Positions 49,691 through 59,762 of a stretch of DNA of 64,000 nt are shown here, piece by piece. The notes below the pieces were generated by a model. That model had not been told where the DNA came from and ran no database searches. It saw nothing but the letters and a program-made list of their open reading frames with translations. The position numbers were made by a program, and so were the translations under genes. Origin of the DNA: Candidatus Eiseniibacteriota bacterium (GTDB lineage Bacteria; Eisenbacteria; RBG-16-71-46); assembly GCA_963717935.1 (NCBI GenBank), contig CAVQXP010000004.1:1536001-1600000 (forward strand), given 5' to 3'. Positions within the stretch are counted from its first letter, which is position 1. The number at the start of each line of letters is the position of its first letter.

Positions 49691-51165
49691 GCGCGCCGCG
49701 ATTCACCCTCTGCCGCGCGGAGTTCCTGCTGCCGCTGGCCGCGCCGGACCGGGGCGAGCGCATCCAGGACGGCTACCTGCTGAGCGAGGGCGAGACCCTC
49801 CGCGAGGTGGGCCGCTACACGCCCGAGATCGGGCGGCGCATCCTCGAGACCTACGGCACGGCGCTGCACGTCATGGGCGATCCGGCGGCCGCCGGGGACG
49901 TCCCGCGGCTGAGGGCCGTGCTGATGCCGGCGTTCGTCAAGGCGCACGGGCACGACCACGAGCAGCCGCTCATCGGCATCGCCAAGGACGAGCCGCTCAC
50001 CGACTGGCTCGACCACGCGGTGAACCCGTTCACCAGCTTCATGAACACGCAGCACGAGCGGCTCTACCGCGAACTGGGGGTGTCGCCGCACCTCGTGACC
50101 TACCGGCTGGCCCGGCTCTGCGACATCCACTACGGCATCACGACGAGCCTGGTCCACCACTGCAACTTCAACAAGTACCACGTCGGCGAGCTGGCGCAGG
50201 CGAACGAAGCCGCGGGCACGACCATGATCGTGGCCATCGGCGGCCAGGACCGGAACTACGTGAAGGAGGCGCTGGACCGGCCGGAGCAGGCGTTGCAGCG
50301 CCTCGACGACGCCCTCACCCTGCCGGGCCTCGCCCGGACCAGCTTCTGCCCGGGGCCCGACCAGTTCTTCTCGAACAGCCGCGAGATGCTGGTGCCGCTC
50401 AAGCGCTGGGCGCGCGAGCACGGCACGTTCTTCCACATCCACAGCGCCGAGGAGCCGCGCACCACGCGCTGGTTCAGCGCCGAGGTCGAGCCGGGCCTGA
50501 GCGAGGTCGAGTTCGCCGAGTCCATCGGCATCCTCGACGGCGACACGATGCTGGCGCACCAGGTCAACTGCGGCCCGCGCGACGTCGAGATCCTGGCGAG
50601 GACCGGCACGAAGATCGTGCACAACCCGCTCGCCAACACCATCCTCGGCTCGGGCATGCCGCCGGTGATCGAGATGCTCGCCGCGGGCGTGCCGGTGGCG
50701 ATCTCGACCGACGGGTCCGGTTCCGCCGACAACCAGAACATCCTGGCGGCCGCGCGTCTGGCCGCGCAGTACCAGAAGGCGAGGCACCAGGACGCCACGC
50801 TGCTGGGCTCGCAGCAGCTGCTCGAGATGATCACCAGCGTGCCCGCGCGGATGCTGCGGCAGGACCAGGGCGAACTGTCGCCGGGGCGCCGGGCGGACTG
50901 GATCCTGCTCGATCTCGACCGGCCCAACCTGACGCCGACGCGCGTGGACAACGTGATGGAGAACCTCATCTGGGCCGCGGATGGCAGCGAGGTGGACACC
51001 GTGGTCGCGCGCGGGCGGCTGCTCAAGCAGGGCGGCCGGGTCCTGCCCTTCGCCGGCGGGGTGACGCCGGCCGGCATCCGGGCTGCCGCGCAGCGGCTCT
51101 CGGAGCTCTTCGCCGAGTACCGGCTCACCGCCCCGGAGCTGAGAGGCACTGGGGCTCACCGGTAG
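49687..51165 (+). CDS. Metal-dependent amidohydrolase (SsnA/AtzA-like)
   Basis: AHGH, HIHSAEE, LAHQ, VHNPLAN, ISTDG and PGRRAD motifs; in xdhD operon. Confidence 0.8.
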   Translation: MSAPRFTLCRAEFLLPLAAPDRGERIQDGYLLSEGETLREVGRYTPEIGRRILETYGTALHVMGDPAAAGDVPRLRAVLMPAFVKAHGHDHEQPLIGIAKDEPLTDWLDHAVNPFTSFMNTQHERLYRELGVSPHLVTYRLARLCDIHYGITTSLVHHCNFNKYHVGELAQANEAAGTTMIVAIGGQDRNYVKEALDRPEQALQRLDDALTLPGLARTSFCPGPDQFFSNSREMLVPLKRWAREHGTFFHIHSAEEPRTTRWFSAEVEPGLSEVEFAESIGILDGDTMLAHQVNCGPRDVEILARTGTKIVHNPLANTILGSGMPPVIEMLAAGVPVAISTDGSGSADNQNILAAARLAAQYQKARHQDATLLGSQQLLEMITSVPARMLRQDQGELSPGRRADWILLDLDRPNLTPTRVDNVMENLIWAADGSEVDTVVARGRLLKQGGRVLPFAGGVTPAGIRAAAQRLSELFAEYRLTAPELRGTGAHR

Positions 51166-51169
51166 CCCG

Positions 51170-51742
51170 ATGCACGTCGTCGCCATCCTGCTGGCCGCGG
51201 GCTCGTCCAGGCGATTCGGCGGGCAGAAACTGCTCGCGCCCTGGCGCGGAAGGCCGCTCTTCGAGCACGCGCTGGATGCGCTCACGTCGTCACCCGGCAT
51301 CGGCACGACCATCGTCGTGGTGCAGCCGCGCTTCCCGGTGTCGCCGGAGCGGCCGCGGTGCCGCTTCATCGTCAATCCGGATCACGAAGAGGGCATCGGC
51401 TCCTCGCTGCGCGCGGGCGTGCGGGCCGCGCCCGAGGACGCCGACGCCTACCTCGTCGCCCTCGCGGACATGCCCTGGATCACGCCGGAATTGATCGCGT
51501 CCCTGATCGCCTGCCACGCGGCGGCCGGGAAGCCGATCGTGGTCCCGGTCTACCACGGGCGACGGGGCCACCCGGTGATGATGAGCCGCGAGCTGCGCGA
51601 GCCGCTCCTTGCGGTCGCCGGGGACGTCGGAGCGCGGGAGATCATCCGCGCGCACCCGGAATGGGTCGAGGAGTTCGAGACCGGGGACGAGGCCGTCGTC
51701 TTCGACGTGGACGTGCCCGGCGACCTGGGGAGCGCGCGGTGA
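51170..51742 (+). CDS. mocA: Molybdenum cofactor cytidylyltransferase
   Basis: LLAAGSSRRFG..KLL, SSLRAG, LADMP, GRRGHPV and GDVGAR motifs. Confidence 0.85.
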   Translation: MHVVAILLAAGSSRRFGGQKLLAPWRGRPLFEHALDALTSSPGIGTTIVVVQPRFPVSPERPRCRFIVNPDHEEGIGSSLRAGVRAAPEDADAYLVALADMPWITPELIASLIACHAAAGKPIVVPVYHGRRGHPVMMSRELREPLLAVAGDVGAREIIRAHPEWVEEFETGDEAVVFDVDVPGDLGSAR

Positions 51743-52569
51743 GTCGCGAGAACGGCAGGCGCGAGAAGGTGCTCATCAAGGGCGCCGGCGAACAGGCCTC
51801 GGCCACGGCGCACCGCCTGTTCCGCTGCGGCTACCGCGTGGCGATGACCGATCTCGAGCGGCCGACCGCCATCCGCCGGACGGTGTCCTTCTGCTCCGCG
51901 ATCTACGAGCGCGAGATCGAGATCGAGGGCGTGCGGGGGGCGCTGCACCGGCTCGATGATGTCCGGGCGCTCCCGGAAGGCGCGTGGGACCACGTCCCCG
52001 TCTGCGTGGATCCCGGGTCGCGGCTCGTCGCCCTCTGGCGGCCCGACGTGATCGTGGACGCACGCATCCTCAAGACGAACCTCGACAACCGCTGCGACGA
52101 CGCGCCGCTGGTCATCGGCCTGGGCCCGGGGCTCGAGGCCGGCCGGGACGTGCACTACGTGGTCGAGACCATGCGCGGGCACGACCTGGGCCGGATCATC
52201 GCGAGCGGGCCCTCGTCACGCGACACGGGGGAGCCGGGAGAGATCGGCGGCTACACGCACGAGCGTGTCGTCCGGGCCCCGGCGGACGGCGTCTTCACGA
52301 GCCCCCGGAGGATCGGCGAGCCGGTCGCGGCCGGCGAGGTCCTCGGGAGCGTGGCGGGGGTGGAGATCAAGGCCCGGATCGCGGGCGTGCTGCGCGGCCT
52401 GCTGTGGCCCGGCCTGCCGGTGACCGCAGGCTTCAAGGTGGCGGACGTGGACCCCCGCGGTGACGCTTCCATGTGCCACACGCTGTCCGACAAGGCGCGC
52501 CTCATCAGCGGCAGCGTGCTCGAGATCGTGGTGGCTCACGCCGGCCGGCGGATGCAGCGTGATCCTTGA
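51739..52569 (+). CDS. yqeB: Selenium-dependent Mo hydroxylase maturation protein
   Basis: IKGAGEQAS, IRRTVSF, IGLGPG, ETMRGHDLGRII, GVLRGL and DVDPR...SDKA motifs. Confidence 0.88.
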   Translation: MSRENGRREKVLIKGAGEQASATAHRLFRCGYRVAMTDLERPTAIRRTVSFCSAIYEREIEIEGVRGALHRLDDVRALPEGAWDHVPVCVDPGSRLVALWRPDVIVDARILKTNLDNRCDDAPLVIGLGPGLEAGRDVHYVVETMRGHDLGRIIASGPSSRDTGEPGEIGGYTHERVVRAPADGVFTSPRRIGEPVAAGEVLGSVAGVEIKARIAGVLRGLLWPGLPVTAGFKVADVDPRGDASMCHTLSDKARLISGSVLEIVVAHAGRRMQRDP

Positions 52570-53323
52570 CGCCTTCGGGCTGCGGGAGCGGCGCTACGTC
52601 CACCTGATCGGCGGCGGCGGCAAGACCACGCTGATGTTCGCCCTGGCTCACGCGCTGGCCGCCGAGGGGCGCTCCGTGCTTACCACGACGACCACGCGCA
52701 TCCTGTTCCCGGGGCCCGGAGAGTCGGACTGCGTCGTGCCGGGGACGGACGCTGCCTCCCTGGTCGGGCGCCTGCGCGGCGAGTTCACGACGCGCCGGCA
52801 CGTCACCGCGGTGGCTCCGGACCCGGCCGGCGGGCGGAAGGTCGGCGGACTCGCGACCGCCGTGCTCGACGCGCTCGTGGATGCGCGCGTGGCCGACCAC
52901 GTGCTGGTCGAGGCCGACGGCTCGGCCGGGCGCCCGCTCAAGGCGCACGCGGACCACGAGCCCGTGGTCTCACCGCGCGCCGACCTGGTCGTCGCGGTGA
53001 TCGGGGTGGGCTGCCTCGGCGCCCCGATGGACGACGCGCACGTGCACCGGGCCGCGCTGCTGCGCGAGCGTCTGGGCCGGCCCGCCGGAGCGTTCGTGAC
53101 GGCGGAGGACGTGGCCGCCATCGTGCTGGGCCGCGATGGCTACCTGGCGCGGGTCGCGCGCGAGGCCGAGGTCATCGTGTTCGTGAACCAGGCCGCGACG
53201 CCGCAGACGCTGGCCGAGGCGCGCCGGCTCGCGGACGCGCTGCGACGGGCGGACCCGGAGCGCCGCCTCGCGCGCCTGGTCATCGGCGACGTGCGAGCCG
53301 GGGTGTTCGAGAAGGCCGGGTAG
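52559..53323 (+). CDS. yqeC: Selenium-dependent hydroxylase accessory protein
   Basis: GGGGKTTLM, TTTTRI and VEADGSAGRPLKAHADHEP motifs. Confidence 0.88.
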   Translation: MILDAFGLRERRYVHLIGGGGKTTLMFALAHALAAEGRSVLTTTTTRILFPGPGESDCVVPGTDAASLVGRLRGEFTTRRHVTAVAPDPAGGRKVGGLATAVLDALVDARVADHVLVEADGSAGRPLKAHADHEPVVSPRADLVVAVIGVGCLGAPMDDAHVHRAALLRERLGRPAGAFVTAEDVAAIVLGRDGYLARVAREAEVIVFVNQAATPQTLAEARRLADALRRADPERRLARLVIGDVRAGVFEKAG

Positions 53324-53440
53324 GGAAGCGTCGGGCGGTTTCGTCGAGCCGGCTGAAGATGCGACCCGGAGCGCCGCCGCGCCCGGAGCCGGTCAGCTTG
53401 CTGAGGCTGTCGGCGGGATGCTACCTTCACTGCCCCCTGA

Positions 53441-53515
53441 GGCGGCATAGCCAAGTGGTAAGGCGAGCGCCTGCAAAGCGCTTATTCCCCGGTTCGAATC
53501 CGGGTGCCGCCTCCA
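53441..53515 (+). tRNA. tRNA-Cys(GCA) with encoded CCA
   Basis: GGCGGCA/TGCCGCC acceptor stem, AGTGGTA D-loop, CT-GCA-AA anticodon loop, GGTTCGAATCC, U discriminator; upstream TTGCTG and TGcTACCTT promoter-like motifs. Confidence 0.96.
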
Positions 53516-55277
53516 ACATCCCCTGTCGATCACCGCATCCGGACGCGAGCGGGACCAGCCAGTCCCTCGGTGCTCTGCCCCTTGGTTGACGCCTGGGTCC
53601 CCGGTGCGGTGAACTCCCGGAACTGGTCATGCGCCGGACCTCGGTCTGTTCCGATCCGGGCCCGACAAGACGAGGAGGAGGGGACGATGCGAGGTGCAGC
53701 TTGCACGGCGGTGATTCTCCTCACGACGGGGCTCGCGGCTGGCGCCTTCCGCCCAGTCATTGGCGCGGTCGCCAGCGATACCCGGGATCCCTGTCGTGAG
53801 GTGCGCACCCCTAGTCCCGATGTGGGCCATGCGGGCCTGTGGACCCGCTTCGACCTCACAGGGCATTCCAGCGTGTACATCCCGGACTGCGTCGTGGCCC
53901 CTCGAGTACTCAATCCACCCCCGGCCGGCTGTTCGAACCTGGTCGACGGCGTGGTGCGACGGATGCCGGACATGATTGCCGCCCTTGTCGACCGTCGCGT
54001 GTTCCCGGTGGTAGAGCGACGTGCACCGCGGGGCGGGGAGCGCGGGCTCGTCATGCAGATCGAGATCCAGCAGTACGTGCCGTCGTCCCAGTTGGGGTTC
54101 GTCGTGCGACTGCGGTCGACCGAGGGCGACGAGAGGATTCCTCCGCTCTCGCCAGATGTGAACTGGGTTGTGGGCGGTGACTGCGAGTCCGATCCCGGTT
54201 CTGGCGAGTTCAATGTCGCGAAGGGCAGTTACTCCGTGTCATGTGGCTATTGCTCATTCTCTTCGAAGCCGTTGGACTTCAGTCAGAGGTTCTCCGATGA
54301 GACGTACCGGGTCGAGAGTGGTGCTTGGACGCATCTCTGGATAGAGGCTCGTTTCTTCGAGCGTCCGGTGAGAATGGAGCCAGTGTCTGCTGGACAGATT
54401 CTCACGCTGGGTGATTCAGGGCCACTCATCGTGTGGGTCACCGATTCGGCGCGCACGCGGTTGGATCAGTATGGCGGCTGCGTTGCCGTGCTCCGGTCCG
54501 ATTCGTCGGTGCCGTCGGTCGCGATGAGGTGCGCCGTGTGGGGTCGTAACGGTGCTGCTGCTGAGTGCGATGCCGCTGCACAGGTTGCCGCCTGGCTGTC
54601 TCTCTGTAAGGGCGTTGAGGCTTCAGTGATCAGCGCTCACATGGCCGAGGCCAGGCACGCGGCGGAGCCGGCTGGGCCGCACGGGACAGTCCAATTCGTC
54701 AGGAGGAAGTCGATCCGCAGCGGCTCCAGCGCCAGGAACGCGGCGGTCGTGGAGATCGATGGCGTCTGCCTCGGCGTGCTGGAAAGGGGCGGAGTCCTTA
54801 CCGCACACGTGGCTCCTGGAGCCCACAAGGCGTGTCTCTTCAGGGATGGCCGCGAGGTGGTTCGCCCCGTGCAGGTGGAGGCGGGTAAGACGTACGTCCT
54901 GGACGTGGAGTTCACCCTGATTGCCACGAGCCTCTCAAAGCCCAATGAGAGCTCAGAGGACAAGAGAGGGAGCTTCTGCGATCTGGGTGCGGTGGACTTG
55001 GCTGGGGTCGGCGTGCAAGGACCATGAGTCGTCCGCAAGTCGCGCCCAGGGGCGCCTGATTGGCGCTGCTGAACCGCGCCGGGTTCTCCGGGGGGCTCGT
55101 CACCTGCGTGCAACCCGTTCGGTCGGGGACTGCCGTCGGTCCGTTCAATCTTGAGATCGTCCCTCACGCGCCGGGCGAATCGGGGCTTACCCAGCCGATC
55201 CGCGGGATTTGGTGGTAGACCCGCGCGAGCTTCCAATTGACCCCTGCACCCCGGTTCGAATCCGGGTGCCGCCTCCA
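53487..55277. mobile_element. tRNA-anchored mini genomic islet bounded by 29-bp att-like direct repeats
   Basis: CCCCGGTTCGAATCCGGGTGCCGCCTCCA at 53487-53515 and 55249-55277; interior visibly less GC-rich. Confidence 0.8.
53687..55027 (+). CDS. Secreted Cys-rich hypothetical protein with DUF2846-like C-terminal domain
   Basis: Strong GAGGAGG RBS; signal-like N-terminus; VEIDG..LGVL..GG....VAPGAH...VEAGKTY pattern. Confidence 0.6.
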   Translation: MRGAACTAVILLTTGLAAGAFRPVIGAVASDTRDPCREVRTPSPDVGHAGLWTRFDLTGHSSVYIPDCVVAPRVLNPPPAGCSNLVDGVVRRMPDMIAALVDRRVFPVVERRAPRGGERGLVMQIEIQQYVPSSQLGFVVRLRSTEGDERIPPLSPDVNWVVGGDCESDPGSGEFNVAKGSYSVSCGYCSFSSKPLDFSQRFSDETYRVESGAWTHLWIEARFFERPVRMEPVSAGQILTLGDSGPLIVWVTDSARTRLDQYGGCVAVLRSDSSVPSVAMRCAVWGRNGAAAECDAAAQVAAWLSLCKGVEASVISAHMAEARHAAEPAGPHGTVQFVRRKSIRSGSSARNAAVVEIDGVCLGVLERGGVLTAHVAPGAHKACLFRDGREVVRPVQVEAGKTYVLDVEFTLIATSLSKPNESSEDKRGSFCDLGAVDLAGVGVQGP

Positions 55278-55418
55278 GAATCGCGTCGCACAGCCCGTTG
55301 CGCTGCCCCCCCTGCAACTCGCTCGACCTGGCTGCCATGTCCCGGCACATCGTCCACGCCTGATCCGACTTGCGCGACGGCCCAGCGCCCGCGCACCGCG
55401 CGCGGGTGTTCGCCTGCT

Positions 55419-56406
55419 TCAGCGGCCGCGCTTCCGTCCCCGGGGACCGGCGTCCGGCGGTCCGGTCACGCCGGCCAGCCAATGCACGGTGTTCAGCACG
55501 AGCCGCGAATTGTGCGCTGCCTCGGGCGCGTTCATGCCCGCGGGCATTCGCTCGGCGCCCGGCCAGTTGCGCCGTGAGCATCGCGGCCTCGCCGAACACC
55601 ACCACGCGGCCGCGGCCATGCCTGAGCGCCGCGCCGACCAGCATGCCGTCGGCGCGGATCTGCGGCATGAGGGGCGAGAACTGCCACGCCACCTCGGGAA
55701 GCAGCAGGATCGAGCCGCTCTCCATCACTAGCAGCGTGTCTACCGGGAGGGTGGTCCGGAAGGCCTCTCCCGTATACACCGCGATCGAGTCCACGCGCTC
55801 GCCGGGGCCACGCCCATCGGTCACCGGGTGGGCATGGAGCAGCCCGTCGCTGCGGCGCAGCATGAAGTTCATCTGCCCGCTCGCGTCCCGGGCGAAGCCG
55901 TTCGACAGGAGCACGCCGAACGCCGCCGCGAGGCCCTCGGCGGCGCCGCCAAACGGCAGATGGTCGGCAACCAGCAGCAGCGAGCCGCCATCGCGCACCC
56001 AGCCTTCCACCACGCGCACCTCGCTGGTGTCGAAGGCCGTCAACACGGGCAGGTTCCAGTCCTCCAGGTTCCGCTCCGCAAGCGCGTTCGAGACCACGAG
56101 CACGCGGGCGGAGTCGAGGCTGGCGCGTGTGAAGGGGCCGGCGTGGGGGCGGGGCACGAACCCATCGCGCGCCACGAGCCGCGCGAACGGCGCGTAGCGT
56201 CCGCCGAGCGTGTGGAAGTTATGATGACCTTCGTCGATCAGCACCACCGGGCCCGTGCCGGGCGCGAAGGCCGGTGATGCAATCGGAGGAGCGAACGTGG
56301 TGTCGGGGACCTGCTGGGCGAGCGCGGGAGGCACGACCAGGAGGGTCAGCAGCGCGGTGGCGAAGAGGGGGCTCAGTGCAAGGCGACGCGGCGAGAGCAC
56401 AGGCAC
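55419..56406 (-). CDS. Secreted DUF4350/class I GATase-like fold protein, frameshift near 55555
   Basis: Signal ending ALA-QQ; VLIDEGHHNFHT; GGSLLLVADH; GRVVVFGEAAM; C-terminus GMNAP...LNTVHWL in another frame. Confidence 0.7.
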
Positions 56407-56832
56407 GAGATCCTCCAAGGACGAGAGAGCAGGATGGCCGGGTGCGAACGGTAGAGACTATGCTCGGCCGGGCGCCCCGGTCCAGCGCGGCGGGCCGGAC
56501 CCGTGCGCGCCCGCCTGTCTTGATGACGGTCGTTCTCACGCTGGGCGGAACCAGGGCAACCCGGCGGGTGCCGGACCGCGTTGCACGTCGGGGGTCTGCA
56601 TGACGCGATTCCCGACCCGCCGGGTTCGGTGGTCCTCGATCAGGATGATGGTCGGCTCCCGGCGCCGTGCAGCCTGTTCACCCGGCGTGAATTGACGGTC
56701 GGAGTCGCAACCGCCAGGATGTTGCTCGATTCACGGCTCCCGGCGTGAGCTGGCCGGCTACCGCGCATCGGCCCCGACGCGGAGCCTGACTGCCCCGCTG
56801 TCGAGGCCCCCGCTCTGCGACGAGGAGAGACC

Positions 56833-57720
56833 ATGGAACGGATCCGTGTGGCATCCCTGCAGTACTTCATCCGCCCCGTCGCCAGCTTCGAGGCGTTCCG
56901 GGCGCAGGTGGAGGGCATGGTCGACACGGCGGCCGACTACAAGTGCCGGCTGATCGTGTTCCCGGAGTACTTCACGCTCCAGCTCCTGACGCTCGGGGAC
57001 ATCCGCCGGCCGCTCCCGGAGCAGGTCGCCGGGCTCGCCGGCGAGGTGGACCGCTTCGTCGAGATGATGGGCGGGTTTGCGCGCCGGCACGGCATCTACA
57101 TCTGCGCGGGCACGATCCCGGTCCGGGGGAACGGGGCCTCCATCGTGCGCAACGAGTCGTTCTTCTTCGGCCCGAAGGGGGAGTACCGGTCCCAGAGCAA
57201 GATCCACATGACGCGGTTCGAGTCCGAGGAGTGGTTCGTGAGCCCCGGCGACCACCTGCGGCTCTTCGAGACGTCATTCGGGAAGCTCGCCATCACGATC
57301 TGCTACGACGTCGAGTTCCCCGAGCTCGCCCGGGTGGCCGCCCGCGCCGGCGCCGACATTCTGCTCGTGCCCAGTTGCACCGACGACCGCCAGGGGTTCC
57401 TGCGGGTGCGTTACTGCGCGCACGCGCGAACCATCGAGAACCAGATCTACGTCGTCCACGCCTCGACGGTCGGATCGCTGCCGATGGTGCCTGCCGTCTC
57501 GCTGAACTACGGACAGGCGGCGATCCTCACGCCGAGCGACTTCCCCTTCGCGCGGGACGGCATCCTGGCCGAGGGGGTTCACAACCAGGAGACCATGGTC
57601 ATCGGGGAGCTGAACTTCGCGACGCTCCGCGAGGCCCGTCGCACGGGGACCGTGCTGCCGTTGCGCGACAGCCAGCACACCGCCGACGTCGCGAGCGCGC
57701 TGGAGGTGACCGCCCTGTGA
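56833..57720 (+). CDS. Carbon-nitrogen hydrolase (nitrilase superfamily)
   Basis: VFPE, KIH and ICYDVEFPE triad motifs; ARTIENQ. Confidence 0.9.
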   Translation: MERIRVASLQYFIRPVASFEAFRAQVEGMVDTAADYKCRLIVFPEYFTLQLLTLGDIRRPLPEQVAGLAGEVDRFVEMMGGFARRHGIYICAGTIPVRGNGASIVRNESFFFGPKGEYRSQSKIHMTRFESEEWFVSPGDHLRLFETSFGKLAITICYDVEFPELARVAARAGADILLVPSCTDDRQGFLRVRYCAHARTIENQIYVVHASTVGSLPMVPAVSLNYGQAAILTPSDFPFARDGILAEGVHNQETMVIGELNFATLREARRTGTVLPLRDSQHTADVASALEVTAL

Positions 57721-58404
57721 CGCTTCCCCGGCCCCGTGTCCGCGTTCGGAACTCCGAGACGCGGGACTTCGACGGGATCATCGCGCTCGACGAGTCGCGT
57801 CTACCCGGAGAGCGCTCCTTGGAGCGCTGAGCAGCTCGCATCACACCTGCGCGTCTTTCCGGAGGGGCAGTTCGTGGCGGAGCGGGACGGGCATCCGGGG
57901 ATCGCGGGGATGGCGGCCAGCCTGATCGTCCGCTGGGACGACTACGAGCCGACCGGCTCGTGGCGTGATTTCACGAGCTCGGGGAGCTTCGCGAACCACG
58001 ACCCCGTGAGGGGCAGGACGCTCTACGGGGCCGAGGTCATGGTGGACCCGTCGATCCAGCGCTCGGGCGTGGGGGCCGCGCTCTATCGCGCCCGCCGCGA
58101 CCTGGCGATCCGGCTCGGCCTGTTGCGGATCCGGGCTGCGGGGCGCCTGCGGGGCTACCATCGTTACGCGCACCGCATGAGCGCTGAGGAGTACGTCCAG
58201 CGCGTGGTGCGCGGGGAGCTCCGGGGCCCGACGCTGTCGTTCCAGCTTCGCGAAGGTTTCCAGGTGATCCAGGTGGTGTCCGGCTACCTCAAGTCGGACC
58301 CCGAGAGCCTCGGCTACGCGGTGCTCATCGAGTGGCTCAATCCTGTACTCGCGCGCGAGACCGATCACGCGGGACGGAATCCGCGCTTCCATCCGTCGGG
58401 CTGA
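57717..58404 (+). CDS. GNAT acetyltransferase, frameshift near 57795
   Basis: FPEGQFV, HDP.G.TLYGAEVMVDP, GVGAALYRAR and DPESLGYA.LIEW.N motifs; GTGA overlap with the hydrolase. Confidence 0.82.
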
Positions 58405-58548
58405 TCTCCCCGCGTCGCGGACGGTTTGCCGTGCGGTGGGCGGTGACGCGGTTGACCGGCTTCGGAGAGGCTGCCAGCATGCCCCGGCATGCCGCGGGCG
58501 CTGCCGCGCCGCGCGTGGCGCGAATCGCGCGAGGAGGAGGAGGTTCGC

Positions 58549-59424
58549 ATGAGCTTCAGGGCGGTCTGGGACTTCGTCATCGCCAGGGTGGGTGCGGAGC
58601 CGTTCACCGTCGGTACGGTGGTCACGGCGGTCGCCCTGATCGTGGCCGGGTACGTGATCTCGCGCCTGCTGAGCCGCGCCCTCGTGCGCCTGCTCTCGCG
58701 GCGGGCCCGGATGGACGAGGGGGCGAGCACCGCCATCCAGACGCTCGGCTTCTACGTCCTGTTCGTGGTCTTCGTGTTCACGTCGCTCACACTGTCCAAC
58801 TTCCCGATGACCATCTTCACGATCGCGGGCGGCGCCGTCGCGATCGGCGTCGGGTTCGGCAGCCAGCAGGTCCTGCGGAACTGGATCAGCGGGATCATCC
58901 TGCACCTCGAGCGCCCGATCCGGGCCGGAGACCTGGTCGAGGTCGAGGGCACGCACGGGACCGTGGAGAACATCGGGACGCGAAGCACGCGCATCCGGGC
59001 CGTCAACAACACGCACATCATCCTTCCCAACAGCTTCTTCCTCGACAACACGGTGGTGAACTTCACGCTCTCGGACGACATCATCCGCACGAGCGTGCGG
59101 GTCGGCGTGGTCTACGGTTCGCGGACGCGTGAGGTCGAGCGCATCCTGAGACGGGTGGTCGAAGAGAACCCGTTGATCCTCAAGGACCACGAGCCCCGCA
59201 TCGTGTTCGCCGATTTCGGCCCCAGTTCGCTCGAATTCGAGGTCTACTTCTGGATCCGGGCGAAGGCGATCATCGACCGGCGCATGGTCGAGAGCGCGGT
59301 GCGCTACCGGATCGACGAGTTGTTCCGCGAGGCCGGCATCGTCATCGCCTTCCCGCAGCGCGACGTCCACCTGGATCTAGCGGCGCCGATCGACGTGCGA
59401 CTGCTCGATCGCGGAGCCTCGTGA
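58549..59424 (+). CDS. MscS mechanosensitive channel
   Basis: IGVGFGSQ..L.NWISG, ERPIRAGD, IILPNS and IAFPQRDVHL motifs. Confidence 0.9.
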   Translation: MSFRAVWDFVIARVGAEPFTVGTVVTAVALIVAGYVISRLLSRALVRLLSRRARMDEGASTAIQTLGFYVLFVVFVFTSLTLSNFPMTIFTIAGGAVAIGVGFGSQQVLRNWISGIILHLERPIRAGDLVEVEGTHGTVENIGTRSTRIRAVNNTHIILPNSFFLDNTVVNFTLSDDIIRTSVRVGVVYGSRTREVERILRRVVEENPLILKDHEPRIVFADFGPSSLEFEVYFWIRAKAIIDRRMVESAVRYRIDELFREAGIVIAFPQRDVHLDLAAPIDVRLLDRGAS

Positions 59425-59762
59425 CGGCCCGCGGAATGGCGTGCATCCTGTCGCTCGCCTTCGGGGTCCGGGCATCCGGACCGAGCATGGATTCGACGTC
59501 GGTCCCGTTCTCGGACGAGTCCGAGCTGAAGTGCGGCCGCTCCTGAAGCGCGTTCCCGCCCCTGCTCGACGAACTCGCCGGGGGTGCGGCTCCCGTGCGA
59601 GCCGTGGCGTCGGCGGTGGCTGTGGTCGAGCCGCCAGGTTCCGGTCTTGCGGCGGTATCCCCCTGAGGGGCCTCGTGATGGCGTCGGAACGGTAGGGGGG
59701 CCGGATCGAGGCCGGTCTGTGCTAGGCTCGCGCCTCCGTAGGGCCACCCCCGGAGGGAACCG

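Noticed and set aside
36668..53323. Selenocysteine UGA readthrough in the sulfur/selenium enzymes
   Set aside because: Breaks are frame changes, not in-frame TGA at catalytic positions; the rhodanese ends in TAG
55200..55277. Second tRNA gene
   Set aside because: Only the T-arm and 3' acceptor strand are present; no matching 5' strand, D-arm or anticodon arm
56420..56832. Hidden gene or RNA in a 400-bp divergent intergenic region
   Set aside because: No convincing ORF, repeat or structure; likely promoter DNA
59425..59762. ncRNA in the mscS-UPF0182 gap
   Set aside because: Only short GC hairpins; no riboswitch or RNA family I can recognise
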